From NCBI RefSeq assembly GCF_041146345.1, contig NW_027191409.1:124001-188000 (forward strand): a stretch of DNA of 64,000 bases, read 5' to 3'. This document shows positions 1-13,862 of this stretch, piece after piece. The notes beneath the pieces are model-generated. The model saw only the letters and a program-made list of their open reading frames with translations. It was not told the origin of the DNA and ran no database searches. The DNA comes from Neodothiora populina. Taxonomy: Eukaryota. Each line of letters opens with the position of its first letter. Positions within the stretch are counted from its first letter, which is position 1. A program made the translations under genes and the position numbers.

Positions 1-395
1 TTGCCTCGCACTCTCCTCTCGACGAGACTTGTTGCCCTTGAGCTTGTCTGTGTTGCTCTCGCCGCTGCCGAAGGGCTGCGCCAGCCCGCCGACGACGCTG
101 CCGACTGGGGACAGGCCTTTGTTCAGCGCTTTGCCTGCTGGGTCGCCGATGAAGGATAGGAGTCCTTTTTGGTCGTACGAGTCAGTATACGTTGTCTCGA
201 GCCTCAGCGGATGGTAGTAGGCGAAAGGAAAGGACGAGGCGCTAGACATGGGGCTGCTGTGTATAAGCAGCTTTGACTTTTGGCAATATTGACCTTACCT
301 TTCTGTTCGGGGTCTCCGAGTGAGACATTGTTGCCGTCGACCGTGTGCACAAGGTTACTCTCTCGCTCCATTTCTTCTTGGGTCTTGGTACTCAT
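1..395 (-). CDS. Small fungal hypothetical protein, 3' end runs off the window (exons 395-299, 164-<1)
   Basis: ATG at 395. GTAAGG donor at 298, TACTGAC branch site and AAG acceptor at 165 join DPEQK-G-LLSFIGDPAGKALNKGLSPVG in frame; open to the window edge. Confidence 0.6.
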
Positions 396-2889
396 AACTT
401 CTGATTACTGAGAGTGATTCGTTAGGAAGGGTAGATGTGTTTTTATATGTAAAAAGCCAAGGTAGATCTTTTCTTGCGTTGGTTCTTGTGACCAGCAGGA
501 AGAATGGACTATGATATAGCTACATGTCATCTTTTCTTCTTCTCTCTTGCTGCTTGTTACCTTGCCTAAAGGCCAGCCCAGGCGAAGGCGGGTCTCTTGA
601 CCCTGCTACCTACGTCATGCGTAATATAGTTCCTTTCTCCACGGGTACGGCATACACGCGCGAAAGGTATCTCTACCTGTCGAGAGTGATGCATGCACAC
701 CATCACGACGGGACGGCACGGCCGCACACCGCATGATCTATCCTTCCTCTTCATTTCGAAACATGACATATCACACCTTCGTAAGGCGACTTGAAACAGG
801 ATTTGTAGTGTTACAAGTCAACACAGCGATACCTTGTAATTATGTGTATCTTGTGCATGTGTGAGGTGTTCATGATTCCTGGCTCCCTGCGAATTCCAGA
901 TGACGCAACAGGATCTGCCTAGAGAGAAGCTACGGCCATACGGCGACGTCGATCTGCTGGGCGACGGTGCGGCTGTACAAAGCTGCCTCGCTGCCATTCT
1001 TGGCTTTCATTGAGTATAGGGTCACCCTGTTCTCTTGTCCAGCGAGATCCCCATTCGGTCCTATGGTCACCTATTGTGATTGTTGACCTGTGATGTACGT
1101 TTCAGACAAATATCAACTCGAATGAGTCGCCTAAGGGCATGCGACTTCTCATAGTGAACCATTCCTGAAAAATGTCAATTGGAGATGTAAAGAACAATGG
1201 TTGGTTGAAAATTAAAAAGATTGAGAATCTCGGGACAGCTATCTATTCGACAGTAACGGATTTGCCCAGGTTCCTCGGGAACTCGGCATCCAGACCACCA
1301 GCTATAGCAAGCCAATAAGCTAGGAGCTGCAAAGGAACCACATTCAGTAGGCCTTGGAGAGCATCAATGTTGCGAGGCACCTCGATCTTCCTAATATTGT
1401 TATTGACGAATTCTGGATCAGCAGTAACGCAGATAACAATAGGACGGCCGTTACGAGCAGATCACTGCTCGTAAGCAATGAGTGATGTAGAAACGACGTC
1501 GTCACGCGTCAGTATCATAACAATTGGTATAGATTCGTCGATCAGGGCCAACACACCGTGTTTGAGTTCGCCAGTCATGACAGCCTCGCAATGTAGATAG
1601 GATATCTCCTTGATCTTCAAGGCACCTAGAGAGGTCGTAAGCAGCTATAGGACAAAACAATACTAACGGTAGAATTACAATGAGAGCCGAGGCTCATTAG
1701 CATTCTGGCATCATAGCGACCGTCTGATTACTTGTCCCTGCATACAGAGAAAGGCGTACGGACCTGCCCGAGTAAGGATCACACGTCGACATAGCTGATA
1801 GACCTTGTCCTTGTCAAGAGCGAACAGTTATGTGATGGATTTTGATGGATTTTGTAAGTATATGGAACATTTGGAGACAAGGATCAGAGCCATGGGCGGT
1901 AAGGCTGGCTACGATGAGCATTTGGAGGAACAGGTACTATTGTTTCGTGATATCTCGACAAGTCCTTCTGTGGCCTGCGATAATAACTGGAAATCGACGT
2001 GCAATGCACTTTCGGAAGCAACACCTCGAAGGAGCGATTGTTTTACCTGAGGAATGTAAATCTCTGGAATGAGCCAATTCTCAGAGTAGACACAGATTCC
2101 AGTGGTGTCGCTCGCACGGCAAGCTACGCATCATTGGTTGGTTGGTAAGGAATGCTGCCTTTCGTTATCTTGGCCACTTGACTCGCCACGACTTCGATTG
2201 GAAAGCAGTCCTACCGTCTAAGCGATATTTGGAAACTCGGTGCATTCCTTGCTGACGACAGCGGATTTCCCGTTCCTGACAACCCCTTGCCTCCAATCGT
2301 CGTATCACGTGCAACAGAGCACTCGATCTCAACGATGGAGAGCGAAAGACACAAAGAGGATGAACTACTGAAAGTCATACTCTCTACTCACTACTGACCT
2401 GTATCATGTGACGAGAGATAGAGATACAAATGATATAGCGCTGGCATAGATCGCTGGTACTGAAATCAACAGTGCCATGGCCGCCCAAAACGAGGCCACG
2501 ATGGGCATATACGACTGATTGCAGACAGCTGAAGATTTCCAAGCTGAGATAGTACTAAAGTCAAGAACCACTTGCGTATGAGCCATGAACCACTCAAGCA
2601 GCCACCGCAGCAATCAAGCAGCATTGTGAGGTAGGTCGTGCTTTGGTACGCATCTGTCCGAAGACGCACGTAAGGTATCCCACTCTCAAGATCGATATAT
2701 CGACTGGATCAATTATGGCATGACGTGACCTTGTTGCATTGCCGTGTCTGTTTGCGGCTGTCCGGTGTATATACTCGGGGCTATATATGAACCACTACCA
2801 TGGAAGCAAAGGCAAGGTCTTTACACATCTTTGAAAGCTCAGATCATCTCTCTTGTCAATCCCAACAGTAGAAACTCACGATTGCCAAC

Positions 2890-5101
2890 ATGGGGACTAT
2901 ACCGTCGATAAACCCACCTACAGTGGAAGTCGCGTCACTGAAAATTGCATCTTCAGCTCGAGATGAGCTATCTGACAGCGACAAGTTCCCGGGAGCATTC
3001 GTGGACGGACGTAACATGCACTCGTCTGATCCCATCGTGTCCACTCAACTATCCGAAGATCCTTCGGACAAGACCAACCACCAAGATCCTAGTCCCGCTG
3101 ATCGCAATAATCACGTCGATGTCAATGATGGAGACACCGGACCAAGAGTCCCGTGCACTTGTAAGGAGTGCCGTCAAATGCGGGCTCACGATAAACGTGC
3201 GTTCTTCGAGCCTATGAATATGCTCGATCCAGCCACAGCGAACAAGCGAGCCAAGCTTGCTGCCAAACTACGCAAACGCAGGGGTAAACAAGAAGGCCGA
3301 CAGGGAGACGACGTCACCGGCAAGGAAGTCAAGACCGGATGGAATAGTAAATACTCGACCGATGCACGACCTTTGAGTAAAGAATTTCTCGATAAACTTC
3401 GGGCATATGAAAAGATAATGCTCGAGGGAACTGGGGAGGGTATGGCTGGGTTCCCGGGACATCATCATGAGACCTTTGGAGGAAGGTGTCAACATCGACA
3501 AGATTGTGGTTCTTGCTACTGGTGGCTTCTATAACCAGCGATCGGTGACACATGGTTTGCCCTCGACAAGTGGTTTCGTGAGATTGCCTCTATCCTGGCC
3601 ATAGAGAAGATGAGTGTGTGACTTATTTTTCTTGCTTCTACTCAAGACTGGGACTATGGCCTGAACAGTCAGTTGTGCTGATGAATAATGCTGATACAAT
3701 CATAGTCCGCCAGAAACAAGAAAACTTAAACCCCTTACCAATATATTTCCAGGATCCAGCTTACATAAAATCGGACGCGAAGATCGTTGATGCGCTCGCT
3801 CCAAACTGCAAAGTCATCTGGCACCCTGAAGCCAACAGTCTTATCGACAGAAACACTTTCCTATATGCTCAGGCCCCATGGTGGACAGCATTCTATAAAT
3901 TCATACTGCGGGACTCTGACCCTGGGGTGTTCTTTGGTACCAAGGCTGAGTACAATCTGAACTCCGAAACTGCATATGATATCCGCGAGAATTTGGGATT
4001 GGGCAGTGTTGAGGCTGGTCAGTGTTTTTCCGTTCGTTGTTTGATTGCGATTGGGTATGTTGTGCTAAAATTTGTCTATGCAGAGAACTCCAGGGAGGTA
4101 ATGCTGCAATGGCTGCGAGTCCGTAAACCCGAAGCTTGTCCTACCGTGGAGATACCACGTGGTATCCCGCTGAGCGGACTGTTACCAAAAGACTTCTGCG
4201 CTACCTTTTTCCGCAATGCAATTTACTGGCGTCCAGTCACTGAAGTCGACGCGGAGGATCAGACTGAAAAAGTATGCCGCATTGACGAAGAGATCCTGGC
4301 AAGAGTACAGAGTCTGGACGAACGCGTTGCGGACCAAGGCATACCTGATGCCGAAACAGACAAGGAAGGTCCGGGAATGCCGAGCATGAGCGAACAGCAC
4401 AACTTCTTCTTGAGCTCCAGACTACTGAAAGATGATCTCTGTTTTGATCTGGATCTGCCATACATGTCTCCTGCATCGACCCCCTTGCCGGCCAGGTTCA
4501 TTAACAAATTCGAGACGATCAAGCATGAGATCCGCACACACGAAGCTTGGGCGGATTGGCGACAACGACACAAGAAAGCCATTGGTTCGACCATGACCAG
4601 GACTGACAACATTATAGTCACCGGCCATGAGCTGTTCTTTCAGGCTGTCAGTTTCGGCAAGGTGTCGATGGAGAGCTGGTTTTACGTTACTGCAATGCCG
4701 TTTATCTTGAAGGAGATAAGTAAGTGGCGACTCCCAACGTTCGGACAAGACACGAACACAAGCGTATCGTATACGGACTAACCCCCGCTCTAGTTGGCAG
4801 CAAACCAAAAACCAAAACAGCCATCATCTTCGTCCACGCAGGCCTGCCCATGGATGAATTCTTTGAGTCGGGCTTCTCTATGCTCAAAGCCTTGGGAGCG
4901 GCGATGTACATCCGCGACACCGACATGAAGAAACTCAGCGGACCAAGAACGCTAGTATTCAACGGCATGTACGAAGACGAACTCATCAGCATTGTCGAGA
5001 ATCTGCTCGCGACAGCACCTGCAGTCTACGTCGGTAGAAGCCTCGAATGGCTTCTTGACGATAATCGGGAACGCGACAACGCTGTGGCCACAAGCGTATA
5101 A
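2890..5101 (+). CDS. Protein with two divergent SRR1-like domains; frame disrupted at about 3440-3540; 3' end uncertain, possible pseudogene
   Basis: Introns 3614-3705, 4018-4083 and 4720-4793 link ORFs 2890, 3618 and 4724 in frame. Motifs IDKIVVLATGGF and IYFQDPAY...HPEANSLIDRNTFLY resemble fungal SRR1 domains. A second copy follows (TDNIIVTG...GPRTLVF...PAVYVG). Confidence 0.5.
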
Positions 5102-5909
5102 GGAAGTACCCAACCTCCACCAAGCTTTCACACGATGACAGGAGAGCAAGGCCTGCAAGCTATCAACTCCCTGCTGAAACTAGATCCGCCCCCGAGAGTG
5201 CTCACGAAGAACCTCCAAAACCATCCTATCTCGCTTCCTCGGAACCCACACTTCAGAGGCAATCTCACCTCTAGACCCAGCCTACATGATCAAGGCAGGT
5301 CTCGAAGCAGAGCCATCATCGTCATCGTCAGTATCGCCATCGTGCTCGTCGTCGATACCATTGCAGCAGGCGATGCCGTCACCTCTGGAAATGCTGACCT
5401 TCACGAGGGTCATGGATACTGTTTTCAGGAATGCGGCGGTTTATTGGCCTGCCACAGTGTCGTAAAGTAGGGTCTAGGGTGCGTTTATGATTTCTTTTCT
5501 TTGATTTATTGTGTCAGGTCCATCGCGGAAGTCTTTCACGGGTCCTTGGATATCAGTTGTCTTGTGGCTGGCGGACCTGGCCAAGGGTGTTCGAGGGATT
5601 ATGTTCCACAGTCTGGCCGTGTAGAGAATTGTGCAAGAAGTAGATTGGACGGTATTGAATGTTCGTGTTGGGGCGTTCATCGAGGGCAGAAGGATGCCTT
5701 AGCTGATTTGCATGGATTCGATACGGGTTTCTTGATAATAACAGTAGCAATAATGATAATAATAATGATAATAATACACTAATGCTACATAATCGTACAC
5801 TAGGATTATCTAGAGATTCCCAAAAGTCGACGCTTCGAGGACCATTCACAAAATTCATATAACACCCCCTATCAAAAGCTTTCTCTCTATCTCAACCTCT
5901 CCCCCTTGA

Positions 5910-7959
<2,050 letters not shown>

Positions 7960-8303
7960 TTAACTACCTATGATATACTAGTGCAAGCATTGCCGGCATA
8001 TAAATGATGTTTCCGGAAGCATGAGTAAAGATTGTTATACCGGTGATGACTCTGCCGAAGAACAGCCGTGCCTTCTCTCCGCAAACCCCGGTTCGTCATG
8101 AAAGCAAAGACAAAGAAACGCGCCAGCCTCAAGTGAAAGTTTACCATCATTTATTACAATTAGGCAATCACTGAGATAAATCCTTCATTGTGAAAACCAG
8201 ATAGGTTGATTATACTGTTCTTCTTTGTTCCATCAATCACCTTCATCTTCCAAACCTGATTCCAACTTCAAAGTAGAAGATCTGAAAAGAAAACGCTGCC
8301 AAC

Positions 8304-9835
8304 AGTACGTCAGAAAATGAAAACCGGCAAAGAATTGGCTGCTAATGCGCAACAGTGAGCTCAGAGGAAGTGGATCTCTATGGTAATCACCGTCGAAAAG
8401 TACAGGAAAAGAAGAGAACAAGTACCTGACCATCCATTCACAGAGGTCCTCGAGATTGAGCGCGGAGCCACCAAAGTCGAGATAAAAAAGGCATACCACA
8501 AGGTCCGTCATTTCTCAGATCAGCATTTCTCGCCGAGCTCAGTATCTGATATTCCCCGCCCCCCCTCAGGCAGCCAGGACGCATCACCCCGACAAGGTCC
8601 CCGAAGACCAACGACAGGCAGCAGACGACCGTTTCAAGACGATCCAGCAAGCTTACGAGATCCTCTCCGAAGACGACACTCGCGAACTCTACGACCAGCA
8701 TGGCATGGCAGCCTTTGAGAAGGGTGGCGCAAGCGGTGGTGGCGCTGGCCCCGATCTCGACGACATCTTAGCGCAGATGTTTGGTGGTGGCATGGGTGGC
8801 ATGGGTGGTATGCCCGGCGGCGGCTTTGAAGGCATGGGCGGAGGTTTCGGCGGTCCCAGAGGCCCGAGAAAGAGCAGAAACGAACAGCAGGAGTACGAAG
8901 TCACCCTGGAAGAATTGTACAAGGGCAAGACGACACGCTTCGCAAGCACCAAGAACGTCATCTGCTCATTGTGTAGTGGAAGTGGAGGCAAGGAGAAGGC
9001 CAAGGCCAAGCAGTGCGGCACTTGCGGCGGCAAAGGTGAGACTGACACTTTATTCGCGTTACAAGTCTGAATACTGACTTTGAATCAAGGCTCAAAGACT
9101 GTTCTCCGCCCAGTCGGCCCCGGACTAGTCACACAAGAGACCGTCAACTGCTCGACATGCAATGGTCGCGGATCTTACTACGCCGACAAGGACAAGTGCA
9201 AGAAGTGCAAGGGTGGCCGAACCGTATCCCAGAAGAAAATCCTCGAGCTTTATATCCCGCCTGGTGCTCGACAGGGCGAGAAGATCGTCCTTGCAGGTGA
9301 AGCGGACCAGGTCCCGGAGATGGAGCCTGGCGACATCATCTTTGACCTTGCTGAGGCACCTCACAAGACCTTCAGCCGAGCAGGCGCCGATCTCTCCGCT
9401 GATCTTCACATTACCCTAGCCGAAGCACTCACTGGATTCAACCGGGTGGTGTTGACCCACCTCGACGGCAGAGGCATCTCCTTGAATGTGACGCAACCCA
9501 AGGGCAGAATCCTGCGCCCTGAGCAGATCATCAAGATTGACGGCGAGGGAATGCCCATTAAGAAGTCAGACGCTAAGGGTGACCTGTATCTGATTGTCAA
9601 GATCGAGTTCCCCGAGGACGGCTGGCTGGCCGACGAGACGACGATACAAAAGATCAGGGATGTACTGCCCAAGCCCAAGCCAGAGATTGAGGCTGAGGTG
9701 GTCGACGAGGTCGAGTGGGATATCGCCCCGAACATGGACGATTTCGGCGCCAACTCGGATGACCCGAGAGCTGGAGCGCAGTGGGAGGACGAGGATGGCG
9801 AAGAGGGCGAGACTGCCCAGTGTGCGCAACAGTAG
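8304..9835 (+). CDS. XDJ1: Type I DnaJ/Hsp40 chaperone, Ydj1/Xdj1 family (introns 8305-8355, 8383-8443, 8503-8569, 9036-9089)
   Basis: Spliced J domain with HPDK, G/F/M-rich region, four CxxCxGxG-type zinc motifs, C-terminal CaaX (CAQQ). Choice of XDJ1 over YDJ1 is inference. Confidence 0.9.
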
Positions 9836-10075
9836 ACGTCGCTTTTTCTTACTTCTCCTTTTTTTCCCCTGCCGCATGAGCTGGGTAAGGGGTGGGTTAT
9901 CGAATGCACCGGCGGTACAAATGCCACTCTAGCAAGGCCGCCACTCTTTGATGAGGACAGAGACGGAAAAATAGTCATCACTCGCGTAACGCCATGTGCC
10001 CAACTCGCTCCCTTCGTCCCGTCGTCTCGCAGGTACACATGCGGTTGTGCAATCGCGGACTTGATTGTGTTCGCG

Positions 10076-10805
10076 TCACTGCCACTTACTCTCCGCATTC
10101 ATCCTCTCCGCTTCCTCCCCCATCTTATCCATCCACCTTTTAACAAGCATATCATTCTCCGCCTTGAACGTAGCAACCTTCTGCTCGGCCATATTGAGTT
10201 CAAGATTCAACCCCGCCATCTCGTCGTGCACATTCTCCACCAATCGCTGCCTCTGCCTGACCTCTTCGTCGCGGTCTTTCAGCCGTCGCTCCAGCGTCAA
10301 CTTCTCGCGTGTAAGCGTCTCTACCTGTTTCGTGGCGGCTTTTGCTTGACCAGTCAGTGTGGCGAGCTCGGCTTGCCGCTGGGAGAGTTGAGTCTGCAGA
10401 TCGGCGCGAGAGCGTTGCGTTGATGCTAGATCTGAACGCAGCTGGGCCAGGAGATCCGAGAGAGGCGCGTTGTTACTGCTGTGGCCTGGGAGAGGGTCTT
10501 GGACAACGGGCGATTTGCCTCTGCTCGGGGACGCTAGGCCAGATGTCGCGGCGCGGGCTGACAGCTGCTTTCCAGAAAGAGCAGGAGCGGGAGATGTTGA
10601 GGCAGCAGGAGTAGCAGTAGACTCGAGGGCTGCGGTGCGGTCGGCTAGTTTGGTGTCTATGAGGGTAACGGGTCAGAATCAACTTTCAAGACTGGGTAAG
10701 TCGGGACGAGTGTTTCGTACACGCATCTATGTAGGATCTGTGTGCTTTCTCTCTCAGGTCGCGCTCGTCCAGGGCTGCGGAGTATTGGGATACCCAGTCT
10801 GACAT
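10076..10805 (-). CDS. ATG16: Autophagy protein 16, coiled coil (intron 10720-10657)
   Basis: MSDWVSQYSAALDERDLREKAH...YTKLADR N-terminus; C-terminal DEMAGLNLELNMAEQ...ENDMLVKRWM typical of fungal Atg16. Confidence 0.88.
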
Positions 10806-11016
10806 GGTTGTTTGTCTCTTTATTGTTCTAGTAAGGCACGACTTTTCTCATGATTGCCTAGTATACATATGTGTATCCATGATATCCGTATATTGTTGTA
10901 AGCGCTTATGAGAATCGAAATGCGATCACTGTGAGGATAGTGTGACCGGTTGCATTATTATATTGCTTCCATAATTCCTCCATTGTGTTTTGGCCTGACG
11001 TCGGTAGGGCTTCATC

Positions 11017-11059
11017 GATAAGATAAGAGCAGGAACTAAGGAAGGAGAGATAAGATAAG
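11017..11059. promoter_or_regulatory. Two tandem GATAAGATAAG elements, candidate GATA-factor sites upstream of ATG16
   Basis: Identical 11-mers at 11017-11027 and 11049-11059, about 210-250 bp upstream of the ATG16 start, in a divergent promoter. Confidence 0.5.
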
Positions 11060-11392
11060 GTACGGGTAGAAAGTCAAGATACTGAACCGAGGCCAGTCGG
11101 GGTCCCGAAGTTGCAGTAAATCAAAGCATGCTGTGACGAGAAATGCTGCTGCATGAGGGATGGTCAGCACCAGAATACAAAACGCGCCGATAAAGGAAAA
11201 CCGGAGATGCCGAAATCCCTAACACCGACGGCTCGCCTCTCGCCCGGTCCTCTCCCCTTTCGCGGGCGGTTCCCAGACTCAGCCAGAGTTTTACTGCAAT
11301 CCCGTCCATCGGACGAACCACCAAATCTCCGCCATGCATTAAGCGAAAAAGTCATTTGATAGATTGCTATATTTATCTGCAATCATAGCCGA

Positions 11393-12687
11393 ATGGTCAT
11401 GGCCATGATGGAGGGATTGGAGGAAGCGGCAGGCCTTGCAGTAAATCAATCTCACCCCTTTCCTTTTTCTTGTCTCTGTCGAGATAGACGACAATTGTCG
11501 CAGCAGCGACAGCGACAACAGCAGTAACAACAACACCTGACCCTGGCTCACAGTCACCTTCTGCCCAATTAAGAGCTGCCTTTGACCACGCGAACGGAAC
11601 CACCACCAACAACAACAACAACAACAACAACAACACCTTTTTCGCCTCTTCAGCTTCGCATACCGTGTTTCCGTCCACATATACTGTTGGTCAGCAACCT
11701 TCCAAAGGAAATTCCCTCCATAACCACGAACATGGTGACAACGTTCACAGCAGCGACATCCGATCGCGGTCTCCCTCTCACCAGAGAATCCACTCACAAA
11801 CGCCATCACAAGGTCAATCAAGACCTCCGGACACCCATGACTTAACAGATGCAGAACTGGAAGACATGATATTGCATCCATGGGCCGAGTCATCCAGGAT
11901 CGAGTTCCATCAGAAGTTCAACACCTCCAATCCTACCTACAAGAATAAGCTACGACTCAATCCGGCCGCCGAGGCACGAGTGCGCTTCTTTCTGCTTCAC
12001 CCCAATAGCCCCATCGATCCAAACTCCCCAGCCGATGCCAGGCTCAAGGCCCGGAGCAGGTCCTATACGCTGCACCCGTGGACCCCACACGGACATCTAT
12101 ACCGTGCCGACAACGGACCCACCTTGCGCAGGCACGTCAGCGAGACAGAGGTCTGGGGTCTGTTGACAGATGAACATGTCCGCTCTGGCCACAAAGGGAG
12201 GGACAGGATGCTGAGCATTATCAAGGAGCGATACGTGGGTTACACACTCGAGGAACTGATGTTTGTGCTTAGCACGTGTCGTGTCTGTCAGCGAGCGAGG
12301 ACGGGAAGCAACTCGGGCCCAGGTGCTGCAGAGATCTCCCAGAGGCTGAGAGCATCTTTAGGCTCAATGCATCTATCGCCTAGTGAGCCCCTGTCGAACG
12401 ATGTCTCTTTACGGCCACCCATCATGGCAGATGTGCAAACTCTACAGCGAGGCGTTGGCGACCAGTCTATGGCCACACCAAGCGCTACCTTGACCGGCGC
12501 TATGCATGCGCCCACAGCACCGATGGACGGAACGCGGCAGCCGCTCTTACCACAAGGGCAATACAATGCGCATCTAGGGATCATAAGGCCAACACACGTG
12601 CCAGACGGCGCCGAGATGCGTAAAAGCAAGTATGCCCCAGATGAAAAGGGACTAGTGATGTATGATGTACCAGATTGGTACTGTTAG
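11393..12687 (+). CDS. Protein with an integrase-type HHCC zinc-binding domain and no DDE core
   Basis: EHVRSGHKGRDRM...ERYVG...STCRVCQ. Frame is open from 11488; a putative intron 11441-11487 joins an ATG exon at 11393 in frame. Start is less certain than the body. Confidence 0.7.
11608..11633 (+). repeat. (AAC)n microsatellite, poly-Asn in the HHCC protein
   Basis: About 8 tandem AAC units. Confidence 0.9.
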
Positions 12688-13862
12688 CTCTGCCGACAAC
12701 CCGAGGAGTGCTAGAACAATCGTCGTTGCTTGCATGGATATGCTCTACTTCCAAGCTGAAGTCCAAGTCTTGTGTTCTTGGTTATGATGAGTCGATCCGA
12801 GAACGTGGCAGGCACTACCTGTAGCTTAAGCTTCGAACAATAACCTTGGTCGCGTCGTGCACGATAATGGTCATTGACATATCGCCTACAGGAGTCTAGG
12901 ATATGGTCGCCCGATCTAGAGATATTCACGATGCGATGTTGGCAACGATGAATCGGACTGCCTCAAAGACACAACACGATCAGCCCAGTCTCGTGGAGTT
13001 AGTCCGGGTATTCTATCCAAGATTCCCCCAAGATTGAGTTTCAGCTTCGATTGCCACTGCCCCGCAATTCTTGCCCCGCATTGCGTCTACTCCCGAACCC
13101 TGCAGGCACACAAAGTGTAGCCAAGTGCTAGCTGTATAGGGCAAAGATAAATGGAAAGATTGTTTAGAAGCTTTCGAACTCCTCTTCATATGCAACCTCG
13201 ACCAAGTTGAAGGATCGGCCAAGCACCCACTAGAGTTGAGTTGAATTCCTACTCTTGGCCATGTCCCATCCTTGTGTGTTGTTTGTACCGTTCTGCATCG
13301 ACTGTGGCGGGGCGTTCATTCTATATGGTGGCCGTACTGTGAAAATGGACTGGGACTGACTCGGAGGACATCATCGTCCTCATACCATGCGCGTCATGTG
13401 CATCCTGCCAGTGGTTGAAAGGGCCCACAGGAGTCCACTTCTCATGTACGACTCAAGCTCGCTCTGCTACAGTTTGAGCGAGGTGATTTCCAATACAGAG
13501 ATACACTGTACGCTAAGGAAGATCTCGAACAACAAAGAGCAACATGTCAAGTATTCCATTGGCCGGCGGCTATAACCTCTGCCCCTTGTGCCGCCGCCGC
13601 GTACTCTTACTCCCTTGGCTACGGATCATGTAACGATTTCAAGTCTGGGAGGCTGTGTTCAAGCCAGACCTCGCTGCATCGCACGTCACGCGCGCATGTC
13701 ATTACGAATATCCATAACGTTCCAGGTCCGCGGCGTCAAGCGAGCCGGGTAACGTACGTCAAGGTGAGGCTGATACAAAAGGCGGGCAATGTCCCACCAG
13801 TAGTAGGTCGAAGTAGGTCCGCACGATCAATTTTAGTGAATACCACTTGATCTCCGTCGACA

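Noticed and set aside
11393..13800. Intact retrotransposon or DNA transposon
   Set aside because: No DDE core, RT, RNase H or terminal repeats seen.
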